From Trichormus sp. ATA11-4-KO1 (lineage in GTDB: Bacteria > Cyanobacteriota > Cyanobacteriia > Cyanobacteriales > Nostocaceae), in NCBI GenBank assembly GCA_019358915.1, contig JAHHIM010000048.1:1-27573 (forward strand): a stretch of DNA of 27,573 nucleotides, read 5' to 3'. The notes below the pieces were generated by a model. That model saw nothing but the letters and a program-made list of their open reading frames with translations, did not search any database and was not told where the DNA came from. The position numbers and the translations under genes are program-made. How positions within the stretch are numbered: the first letter of the stretch is position 1; every line of letters starts with the position of its first letter. Positions 14,853 through 23,119 of the stretch are shown here, one piece after another.

Positions 14853-17800
14853 CTAAGCCGCTTGAATTTTACTGACAGTGGATTGTTTACCGTAAACACT
14901 GTTAATAAAAGCCCGAATGGTATTTTCTGCATCCCAAGGGTCAGTAATTTCGATAAAATTCCACCTACCAAAACCACCATGTTGATTTATCGCTGGTATC
15001 CAAAAATTTTGAGTAGTTGATACTTTCACTGCTTTATCTTTTCTGGCTTCTCCTGATACCTCAACAATCAAATTTAATAAATCACCCTGACCATCATTTA
15101 TCCTTGTAATGAAGTCAGGCATATAGTTCTTTTGTTGGCCATTTAAGGTATAGGGAATTAGAAAACCGAGTCCCTGGTTTTTGACATAACAAACCACTTC
15201 ATCCATGTCTTCTAACACCTGTGCCATTTTTTGTTCCCAACTATTGGTGTCAGCAACTACATGGGAAATATGACATTTATTTGGGTCAGTGACATAAACA
15301 GGACGGGCAGTGCTAAAGTCTACATAACTTGTTAAACCTATTGGGTTATAGGGTCGCAATATGGGTTTAAGGGAAGTTTCACGTTCTCCAGCAACTATTG
15401 CCTGATAAATACAATCTGAAGCACTGTGAGCAAACTCATTGAGCAGTAGCAGTTGGGGATATGTCCCAGATTTGTAGGTGACGCATTCTTTTATCCATCG
15501 CTTTGCTATGTGTAACACCTGAGGAAATAACCAAGCCTGAACTTCTGACTCAAACTCGCTACAGCGAAAATATTTTTCTAAGGTAAATTTCGCCAGTAAA
15601 AAAGCTACCTCTTGTTCACGTTGCGATCGCAGGTCATCGAGGGTATGAATATTAGACAAACCGATAATAGGGGCAACTGTGGTGCTAGTGGGTAAGTCAG
15701 ATGTAGATAGGGAATAGCGACACCCTGGTTTACTAAAATCTGGAGTCAATTTCTTGCTGCTGATTTCGTAGCGATAGCCTAACAACTTAGGGAAAGTAAT
15801 TTCACAATGAATCCTTTCTGGAAGTGCGCGAACACGAGTAGGCAGTAATCCCGGTTTTGGTACTTTGTTTGAACCAGCACAGGGAATAAAGGCAAACGGA
15901 ATACCATAGACTTCGGCGTATTCCGGCTCAAACATTCCTTGGTCATTGCTGGTGTAGCTAATGCGTCTTAGACCCCTTCCTACTACTTGTTCACACAAAA
16001 GCTGAGTACCAAATGCCCTCACTCCCAAAATGTGGGTAACTGTATTGGCATCCCAACCTTCCGTTAGCATGGAAACTGAGACAACGCAACGGATATGTTC
16101 ACCTAGCTTGCCAGGTTTACCTACTGTGTTCAGTACCTCTCGCAACAGGTCTTCATTAGTTATTTTGTCTGGGTCTTGACCTGGATATCTATTGCGGTAC
16201 TCAGCTTTAAACTCTTCTATCTCCCGTGCTGCCAGTTGTTTAAACTCAGCAGTCATACTCTCCCCAGACTCTAACTGCTCACTGTCAACCAGAATTGTGT
16301 TAAGTCGAGCTATCCAGTTACCATCTTTGACATTGCTCAACAGCGATAACTGCCCAGGAGCTAAAACAGGTCTGCCATCGGGGTAAGTTTTACCAGTATC
16401 CCAACCGCAGATATAGTCATAAACCATTTTCGAGACGCTGGTATTGTTGCAAACTACGATGAAAACTGGTGGTGTCAGTCCCTTTGCTTGTGCCTCCGAG
16501 TTTTGCTCCCAAGTTCTGTAAGACTTTTCATAGTTGCCATACAACGTCCGCAGCGCACCTTCTAATTCCTTGGGTAATTTTGGTTCTGGAGTTGAGGGTA
16601 CATTTTCTTTAGAACCTCTCCCCTTTTTGGGCAAATGGTCACGAATTAGTGTCCAAATGTTGCGATAAGTCGGCAATTCTCCCTTCATACTGTCATCAGA
16701 TACAGGCACACGAGGGATTTTGACAATACCAGATTCAATAGCATCAATTAGGGAAAAATCGGATACTACCCAAGGAAACAGCGTTCCTTCCTTATAGCCT
16801 GAACCTTTTAAGAAAAATGGAGTAGCAGAAAGGTCATAGACTACTTTTACCCCTAATTTTTTTTGAATAGCTTCTAACCCTGAAATCCAAACTCTGGCTT
16901 CTTCTTCATTTTTTTTCGCTTCCTTTAAATCATCCCCTTTATATTTTTCTTCATCACCACCAACACGACGACGGTAACAGTGATGTGCTTCATCATTAAT
17001 GACAATGATATTTTTCTTAGTCCCCAGTCCACGACATACCCGATTAACCATCTGGGATGGGGTTTCAGTAAACGGATTTTCCTTACCTTGAATCAGAATG
17101 CTTTTAGTTAGCGAAGCAGCGCTGGTATGCTCCTTTAGTTTGAAAGCATGATAATTAGTGATAACTATTTTGGCTTTATCTAAATCTGCCAATAAATCTG
17201 AGGGTACTAAATCTAGCTTTTTGTAGTAATTTTCTGGGTCATTAGGTAACAATACACGCAAGCGATCGCGGATTGTAATCCCTGGCGCAACTACTAAAAA
17301 AGTATCACTAAACTCTCGACGCTGAGGTGAGCCAATTTTATTGAGGGAATGCCAAGCAATCAGCATTGACATGACGACAGTTTTACCGCTACCCGTCGCC
17401 ATCTTTAGCGCTTGACGAAATAGCAATGGGTTAGCGTCCTCTTTAAACTGATTCAGCTGATTTTTAATCCAGGTATCTCCAGACTTCTCAGCAACTTCAG
17501 TAATGTAAATAACTGTTTCTAAAGCCTCAATCTGACAAAAAAACAGCTTCCTTTCTCGTTCTGGATTTGTCCAATGCTCTAACAGTCGTCTTGTGACTGG
17601 GGTAATATTGACAGCACTACGATAACCACCACGCCGCCATAATGAAACGCGATCGCGGATATCATTAATAAACTTGTTTTCTTCTATTCGGTCTTGTGTC
17701 CATAGACCTAAGTCAATCTCAAGCTGCTGATCCTTCTTTTTGGGTTTAGCAATGGGAATGAAGTAATGACTTCTGCGCCTAGTATCAATAATGTCGCTGG

Positions 17801-17894
17801 TAATGCCATCGTCATCAAAGCGGAAATGTTGCTGAGGTTCAGAAAATGCTGAGTTGATAATGGGGTTTTCAATGACGACTTGCTTCACCGACAC
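14853..17894 (-). CDS. res: Type III-like restriction subunit (SF2 helicase/ATPase + C-terminal nuclease; BPTD_3080-like family)
   Basis: KMATGSGKT, INDEAHH, LSATPF, SMLTEGWD, QVVGRGLR, C-terminal YMPDFI...VEVSG. GTG start with AGGA upstream. Confidence 0.93.
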   Translation of the reverse strand: MSVKQVVIENPIINSAFSEPQQHFRFDDDGITSDIIDTRRRSHYFIPIAKPKKKDQQLEIDLGLWTQDRIEENKFINDIRDRVSLWRRGGYRSAVNITPVTRRLLEHWTNPERERKLFFCQIEALETVIYITEVAEKSGDTWIKNQLNQFKEDANPLLFRQALKMATGSGKTVVMSMLIAWHSLNKIGSPQRREFSDTFLVVAPGITIRDRLRVLLPNDPENYYKKLDLVPSDLLADLDKAKIVITNYHAFKLKEHTSAASLTKSILIQGKENPFTETPSQMVNRVCRGLGTKKNIIVINDEAHHCYRRRVGGDEEKYKGDDLKEAKKNEEEARVWISGLEAIQKKLGVKVVYDLSATPFFLKGSGYKEGTLFPWVVSDFSLIDAIESGIVKIPRVPVSDDSMKGELPTYRNIWTLIRDHLPKKGRGSKENVPSTPEPKLPKELEGALRTLYGNYEKSYRTWEQNSEAQAKGLTPPVFIVVCNNTSVSKMVYDYICGWDTGKTYPDGRPVLAPGQLSLLSNVKDGNWIARLNTILVDSEQLESGESMTAEFKQLAAREIEEFKAEYRNRYPGQDPDKITNEDLLREVLNTVGKPGKLGEHIRCVVSVSMLTEGWDANTVTHILGVRAFGTQLLCEQVVGRGLRRISYTSNDQGMFEPEYAEVYGIPFAFIPCAGSNKVPKPGLLPTRVRALPERIHCEITFPKLLGYRYEISSKKLTPDFSKPGCRYSLSTSDLPTSTTVAPIIGLSNIHTLDDLRSQREQEVAFLLAKFTLEKYFRCSEFESEVQAWLFPQVLHIAKRWIKECVTYKSGTYPQLLLLNEFAHSASDCIYQAIVAGERETSLKPILRPYNPIGLTSYVDFSTARPVYVTDPNKCHISHVVADTNSWEQKMAQVLEDMDEVVCYVKNQGLGFLIPYTLNGQQKNYMPDFITRINDGQGDLLNLIVEVSGEARKDKAVKVSTTQNFWIPAINQHGGFGRWNFIEITDPWDAENTIRAFINSVYGKQSTVSKIQAA

Positions 17895-17942
17895 GCTTCT
17901 CCTAGACTTTCAATACTTGCTTTGAGAGCGTTGGTAAGTTAT

Positions 17943-18191
17943 CTATTCCGCATAATACTTCGTCAACAGTTTTTGTCCCTGTTCGCCCATCTCCTGCAAC
18001 AGATTTTCAATTTTCTGTATAGCTAGTGGAGATGGTTTAGCACGTCCATTTTCCCAACGGTTAACCGTTGGATATGTAACGCCAAGCTTGGCTGCGAATT
18101 GTTCTTGTGTAAGACTAGTTAATTTACGTATTTCACGGATGAGCTTACCAACTTTTGGTTGATTTATTACCAAAATTTTTTGGATAGCCAT
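17943..18191 (-). CDS. Xre/Cro-family HTH regulator, probable R-M controller
   Basis: LIREIRKLTSLTQEQFAAKLGVTYPTVNRWENGRAKPS; GAGG RBS; co-oriented 48 bp upstream of res. Confidence 0.9.
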   Translation of the reverse strand: MAIQKILVINQPKVGKLIREIRKLTSLTQEQFAAKLGVTYPTVNRWENGRAKPSPLAIQKIENLLQEMGEQGQKLLTKYYAE

Positions 18192-18201
18192 CTACCTCAG
18201 A

Positions 18202-18252
18202 ACCCACTAAATGAATTAGTGGGTGATATATCAGACTATATGTTGGCTATAT
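18202..18252. promoter_or_regulatory. Candidate operator region for the Xre-res-mod operon
   Basis: Perfect inverted repeat ACCCACTAA-N5-TTAGTGGGT (18202-18224), palindrome GATATATC (18225-18232), and TATAT cores at 10-11-bp spacing. Confidence 0.5.
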
Positions 18253-18547
18253 TTGTTTACAATAACCTCGTTGGATATACTGAAATTATGCTGTAATTGT
18301 AAATTAATGAGTGTTACAGCGAACATCTTTGTAAAGACCTCCATATATAAGCTATATATTCGCTATCATTCGTTTGAGATATTCTGAACCTAATAAAATA
18401 AAAAAACTTAGTATTTATTAATACAAAAAATTAAACATAAGTCATTTTTCGATTACTCACTTTGTTACTAACGCTGGCAGTGTCTTTATTTTTACCTTTT
18501 ATTTCCATGACAGAGGCAGCCGAGCGATCGCCTACTTTCCCCCAGAA

Positions 18548-18760
18548 CTAATCCCCCCAAATTGCCATAAATTCTTCCCACTCCTGGTCTGTCTGGGGTG
18601 CTTTATCTTGTGTCAGTCCCACTATTCGCGCTAGCTTCCTGGCTTGGTCTAAGCTTTCGCCAAGTTCTAGCAGCTGTTGTTCTAGATTCGGGTGATAGCC
18701 TTGGGCTATCAGCTTGGCATATTCGGTATCGGTCATGCCAAGATTGTGGATGTTAGTCAT
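18548..18760 (-). CDS. Small conserved-looking hypothetical protein
   Basis: 70-aa ORF with ATG start, helical, ending in an acidic/aromatic tail PQTDQEWEEFMAIW. Confidence 0.7.
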   Translation of the reverse strand: MTNIHNLGMTDTEYAKLIAQGYHPNLEQQLLELGESLDQARKLARIVGLTQDKAPQTDQEWEEFMAIWGD

Positions 18761-18806
18761 GGGGTGATGGGGTTGGGGGCGATCCCTAGTAGTCTACATA
18801 AATGAA

Positions 18807-19832
18807 TTATCCCAAATTCAATATCTGAGCAATGGTGGGCAGTAGTTCATTAAATTCTTTTACCAACTCTGCTGCTGGTGGTAATGCACCTACTATTCCT
18901 CTTAAAGCTGCAATAGCAGTTTTGATTGGCTTAATTCTCGATTCTTTTTTAGAATTTTGCCCCTCTTCTGCTAAGACAGCTACTTGTTCTAGTGCTACCT
19001 CTTTATAATCTGGTGCTAAGGCAGGTTCAGCTTCAATTACAGTTCGTAATTTATTCAGTAATTCTGCTAACTGTAATACTTCTGGATTGTTAGATGCTTG
19101 CAGTTGGTTAATGGCATTATTAACAGTGCCACTAATATCACCACCTGCTACGATACCAGTAACTTCAGAACTCAGTAAATTACCACTAGCGTCACGACCA
19201 GCCTGAATATTAGTTGAGTGATTATCAGACATTGAACTATATGTTTGCGACATATTGATATAAGTTCCAATTGTGTAATGTGCTGCTTGTGCTATTTGCT
19301 TTTCTTTTGCAGAAAAGGTCAATCCCTCTCCAATAATTCCATCATCTTCTAGCTTTAAAGACCATTTAAGTACAATATTCCTAGTAGCCTCTAAGATACC
19401 TGATAAATTTATTTTGCTAAAATGTAATACTGGCTGTAAAGGTAAATCCAACATTTGTATTAGCAGTAATTCTATCTTCTTAGGAAGATGCATAATTTTT
19501 ACATCAGATTCACTTTTAACTAATTCCTCTATTTCGCTAATTGGCTGTTTGATATATATTTTAGAGATTGTTTCTGCTATTTCAGGCGCATTACCCAGTA
19601 TAACTGGTATCCAACCATGATAAGGATTTCTTGCTTTTAATTCACCTACTAACAAGCGGTAATCAGGAATATTTACTTCTTCAGAATAACCATCAAGTTC
19701 TAGCTCAACCCATTGTTTAAATTCCTCAATCCCAAGTTTTTTTGCAACAACTAAAGCTTTACGAAGCAAGTTTAAAACGGAAACTGATGATTCAAGAGCG
19801 TCTCTTTGTAACTCTAAAACTAATGAAGTCAT
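18807..19832 (-). CDS. AbiTii-domain protein fused to a G/N/S-rich linker and a C-terminal helical domain
   Basis: ATG 19832. MTSLVLELQRDAL...LLRKALVVAKKLGIEEFKQWVELELDGY...IPDYR is the AbiTii signature. Linker NIQAGRDASGN...VAGGDISGTVNN, then a helical tail LAELLNKLRTVIEAE...ALEQVAVLAE. Confidence 0.82.
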   Translation of the reverse strand: MTSLVLELQRDALESSVSVLNLLRKALVVAKKLGIEEFKQWVELELDGYSEEVNIPDYRLLVGELKARNPYHGWIPVILGNAPEIAETISKIYIKQPISEIEELVKSESDVKIMHLPKKIELLLIQMLDLPLQPVLHFSKINLSGILEATRNIVLKWSLKLEDDGIIGEGLTFSAKEKQIAQAAHYTIGTYINMSQTYSSMSDNHSTNIQAGRDASGNLLSSEVTGIVAGGDISGTVNNAINQLQASNNPEVLQLAELLNKLRTVIEAEPALAPDYKEVALEQVAVLAEEGQNSKKESRIKPIKTAIAALRGIVGALPPAAELVKEFNELLPTIAQILNLG

Positions 19833-20020
19833 AAAATTATCAAAATGTTGTATTTTACAATTTATCGCTTTGGCATCCGATACTTTCAACATCACAGTAG
19901 TAATCAGTAAACTTTGTCCCCGCTTTTCCCAGAACCATAAAACCTGTTAACAAGTTATTGAGCGTGATCGCTCCCTTCTTGAGACATAGGAAGCGATCGC
20001 GCTTGAGGACACAGCCGAAA

Positions 20021-20440
20021 TTAAATTTCGGCTGCTATCTTGTCTAGTCGGTCATTGGTGTCTTTTGCCAGTTGGAGACAGCGAACACTAGAGGCAAATC
20101 CACCGGCGGCGGCAAAAGATCCTTCTGTGGTTTTACCAGATAGCAGTAGTCCAACCCCGACCAAGCTGATTAAAGTAAAAGCCGCCGTCATTGCCAAAAC
20201 TAAATTAAAACTCCACCGAGCTTGGCGGAGCCGTTCTTGGGCAATGCTCAATTCCACTGTTGAATAAATTTTGTCCCTAGAGGATTCATCATCTGATAGC
20301 ATATACTTTCCTGCTTCTAAATTGAATGTAATTGATTTAGGAGAAATGTTTGAGTGCCTAACTGGTAGGTCGCAACTACCAGATGGGCATTTACTTTTAT
20401 GCGGATGGGGCGGCAACTGGTTGATATATTGTGGTTCCAT
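20021..20440 (-). CDS. Cyanobacterial TRADD-N-associated two-transmembrane domain protein
   Basis: IAQERLRQARWSFNLVLAMTAAFTLISLVGVGLLLSGK...AAAGGFASSVRCLQLAKDTNDRLDKI pattern. ATG 20440 preferred because the GTG at 20548 lies in a repeat. Confidence 0.7.
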   Translation of the reverse strand: MEPQYINQLPPHPHKSKCPSGSCDLPVRHSNISPKSITFNLEAGKYMLSDDESSRDKIYSTVELSIAQERLRQARWSFNLVLAMTAAFTLISLVGVGLLLSGKTTEGSFAAAGGFASSVRCLQLAKDTNDRLDKIAAEI

Positions 20441-20504
20441 GACGGCTTCAGTATCACAGCCCATTAAGGCCAAACCAATTTTTAATCTAAAGGCACTCCA
20501 GTGT

Positions 20505-20695
20505 TGGAGGTTGCGATTTCTACGGAGCGCTGAGTGCAAGGCACACACTCCGTAGAAATGGCATAATTCATCCCATGATTCCCTCAGCCATGCCTTTGTC
20601 CGGCGGGTGTAGGTTCAAAAAAACACTGGATTAGCAGCCGGGGCAGTCTCTGGAAACTCTGCACTCTGACGTTTTCGTTCTAGCTCTCGAACCAT
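20505..20695 (-). pseudogene. nrdJ: 5' fragment of class II (B12-dependent) ribonucleotide reductase
   Basis: Manual translation from ATG 20695: MVRELERKRQSAEFPETAPAANPVFF*TYTRRTKAWLRESWDELC. Matches the recalled cyanobacterial NrdJ N-terminus (FP.TAPAANPVFFRTYSRR...RESW); TGA at 20615-20617. Confidence 0.8.
20513..20562. repeat. 42-nt hairpin element inserted in a HIP1 site
   Basis: Arms GCGATTTCTACGGAG (20513-20527) and CTCCGTAGAAATGGC (20548-20562), 14/15 complementary; 50 nt = 8 + 42. Confidence 0.75.
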
Positions 20696-20958
20696 AGATC
20701 AATTCTTGTTGATTGTTAACAGATTCTGACTATACGCCAACTAGATTGAGGATAAAAGATTGCCAAATTTTCCAATTTGCGCTATCGCTTCAAATGTCTT
20801 AATTGCGACATAAATTTATGTTGTATAATTTTCATTCGCTCTGGTTGAAGGTTTTATACAGAGTTGCAATTTGCGATCACTCTACCTATTCCATCGCACC
20901 CTCAATCATTTCACGGTAAGCTATCTGTGGCTGAATTTTGAACATTGATTGAGAGACT

Positions 20959-21975
20959 ATGTTGGCTGGGGCTGCATTAAGAAAAACAGGTGAAGGTTGG
21001 GAGTTTGCATCAGAAGCCGCACTAGAAGATTTTATTTGGCAGAATTTACAGCAGTTCTTGGGATTTACCCCACTCCAGCGACAGTATGCTGTTAAAGGTG
21101 AAGTCTGCGATATTTTGGCTTTGGATGCTCAAAAGCAGTTAGTCATCATAGAACTTAAGAACGCTGAAGATAGGTATGTTATCCAGCAGTTAACTCGTTA
21201 TTATGACAACTTGCTAGATGAAAAACCATTTGCCGAACAAATAGACTATGACCAGCCAGTTAAGCTAATAGCAGCCGCCCCATGCTTTCATAGACATAAT
21301 CTGATTGACTGTAAATATAATCTATTGAAAATTGATTTATTGCAGGTTAGTGTCCTAAAAAATAATCAAGATTTCTACTTGCAATTACAGGATATTAATA
21401 CTGATCAAAAATGGTCAATTCCTATTCCTTATCAAGAGCTAACTTTTAGCAGCACCTCTCAAAATATCCCAGAAACACCACAACTACTTTTAGATTGGCT
21501 TGGTGCTTGTACTGGGGAAGAACAGCAAGCGATTATCAAATTTAGAGAGAAAATTCTTAGTTTTGATGAGCGTATTCAAGAATCTGTAGAAGGTCGAAAT
21601 ACTATTAGATATGGCAGAGGTAAAAGTAAACCAGTAGCCGAAATTTGTTATCAAAGAAATACTTATAAGCCAGTTGTATTTTTGTGGTTGCCAACTCCTA
21701 CATCACGGCGAAAAGAAGTGATTGGTAGATTGCGGCTATGGCTAGATGGTGAAACAGTTACTCATGTTGGTCATGTGCCATTCGGTTTTGGCAGGATGAG
21801 ATTTCAATCTGAATGGGACGCTATGCCACAAGAAAAGCGACCTAAATTTATGTTTTCTAGTGGTTCTTCTAAATCATTTACGCCAGTACCAATTCCTAAA
21901 GGTTACAGGAATGTCCCTAACACTCTAGAATTACTGGTTAATTTAGCGCTGACTAAGTGGCTGGCAAGGATTTAA
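20959..21975 (+). CDS. NucS/DUF91-like PD-(D/E)XK endonuclease-domain protein
   Basis: SEAALEDFIWQNL...QRQY...CDILALD...LVIIELK...VIQQLTRYY, followed by an additional uncharacterised C-terminal domain. Confidence 0.82.
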   Translation: MLAGAALRKTGEGWEFASEAALEDFIWQNLQQFLGFTPLQRQYAVKGEVCDILALDAQKQLVIIELKNAEDRYVIQQLTRYYDNLLDEKPFAEQIDYDQPVKLIAAAPCFHRHNLIDCKYNLLKIDLLQVSVLKNNQDFYLQLQDINTDQKWSIPIPYQELTFSSTSQNIPETPQLLLDWLGACTGEEQQAIIKFREKILSFDERIQESVEGRNTIRYGRGKSKPVAEICYQRNTYKPVVFLWLPTPTSRRKEVIGRLRLWLDGETVTHVGHVPFGFGRMRFQSEWDAMPQEKRPKFMFSSGSSKSFTPVPIPKGYRNVPNTLELLVNLALTKWLARI

Positions 21976-22036
21976 ATAATTAATGTTCCGTAAATTTCTA
22001 GTGAAAATTTAATACAGGTTAAAAAATTAACAGTAA

Positions 22037-22075
22037 AAATCATGATTTGTCATGACAAATCATGATTTGTCATCA
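22037..22075. repeat. Perfect 32-bp palindrome with 10-bp-phased TCATGA units; candidate centromere or protein-binding array
   Basis: AAATCATGATTTGTCATGACAAATCATGATTT (22037-22068) is its own reverse complement. TCATGA at 22040, 22050 and 22060; TCATCA at 22070. Confidence 0.85.
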
Positions 22076-22147
22076 AAAATTCTCCGAGAAACCCCATCCT
22101 CAGTTAAGCAGGGTGGGCAGGGATAGGAGCAGTGGCTGCCAAATTTG

Positions 22148-22579
22148 CTAGCTACCGTATTTTTGCATCATTGCTAGAGTACGCCGGACTAATCCCGCAC
22201 GTTTGCGTTCTGCCAAACGTTTCTTAGCGTTAGCTATCACCTTTGGCATCTTATTCGGTTGATCTTGTAAAAAGGCGATCGCAGCTTCAATGAAAATCTC
22301 TGGTGTAATATCGTTGGAATCGCATAACTTCATCAAATCATCTCTAATTCCTTGCTCAAGATGAACAGCCAGCCGCTTACCAACGGTAGGCAAGTTATCC
22401 AACTCGGCTTTGAGTCCTGATAACTCTTGGGTGTCAGGTTCAGCTTTTTCTTCATTAACTTCAGTTGATGGTTCACATTCAGACAAAGAACTTTTACTAC
22501 CTAATGAAGTATCGCGAGGAGGAACCTTGGCGCGAGACTTGGATGTCAATAAACTACGAATATCACCAGCTTCACTCAT
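22148..22579 (-). CDS. Small ParA-partner protein (probable RHH-type centromere-binding protein)
   Basis: Its ATG overlaps the stop of the upstream parA relic (ATGAGTGA). Disordered N-terminus followed by RHH-like KRLAVHLEQGIRDDLMKLCDSNDITPEIFIEAAI. Confidence 0.65.
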   Translation of the reverse strand: MSEAGDIRSLLTSKSRAKVPPRDTSLGSKSSLSECEPSTEVNEEKAEPDTQELSGLKAELDNLPTVGKRLAVHLEQGIRDDLMKLCDSNDITPEIFIEAAIAFLQDQPNKMPKVIANAKKRLAERKRAGLVRRTLAMMQKYGS

Positions 22580-23020
22580 AATTTTTTAATTTTTTCAACT
22601 ATCACTTCAATTGGATAAGCCAAATCAGCTTGGCCCATTTCGTGCAAAGTCAAGCCTTTATTGATGGCTTGTTTAAATTTTTCTGATTCTCGAATTGATG
22701 GCAACACTAAATCAGCCCCTAACCATTCGCTGGTTATTTGCTTCATTTGTGCGACGCAAGCCTACCCATCGATCTCGAAAAGGAACTACACCTAAAATCT
22801 CACCATCGAAAGCCTCTTGGTCGTCTCTTAATTCAGCAATTAACTCCAAGGTGCGAATTAGAGACTGTAACCCCTTCACCGAAGCTTCGACGGGAATCAT
22901 CAAAGCATTGCTGGCTCCAATTACGCTCAAACAAATTTGCGATCGCTGTGGTGGGGCATCAATAATGCAATAATCGAACAGTTTATCAACTGGTGTGAGC
23001 CGACGCTTTAGTGTAAAAGT
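22572..23020 (-). pseudogene. parA: ParA C-terminal half: 5'-truncated and frameshifted
   Basis: FDYCIIDAPPQ (Walker B), LMIPVEASVKG and ILGVVPFRDR are present. After a frameshift at ~22730 a second frame gives GADLVLPSIRESEKFKQAINKGLTL...VEKLKNYE* (stop 22572-22574). No Walker A. Confidence 0.88.
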
Positions 23021-23053
23021 GTTTTGTCCTTTAGGCAAAGGAGTGTTAATAGA

Positions 23054-23071
23054 TCATATATTGATATATGA
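23054..23071. promoter_or_regulatory. Inverted repeat upstream of parAB (operator/parS candidate)
   Basis: TCATATAT-TG-ATATATGA, 48 bp before the parA ATG. Confidence 0.4.
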
Positions 23072-23119
23072 GATGTAGATGTCAGTATATGATTTTTAAA
23101 TAGTAATTAAAGTAGAACC

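Noticed and set aside
22085..22135. Hairpin CCCATCCT...AGGGTGGG as an IS200/IS605-family end
   Set aside because: Some resemblance, but no tnpA/tnpB or partner end is in the window; it could equally be a terminator between convergent genes.
22695..22973. Plus-strand ORFs 22695-22973 and 22738-22965
   Set aside because: Antisense to the parA pseudogene, which explains the region.
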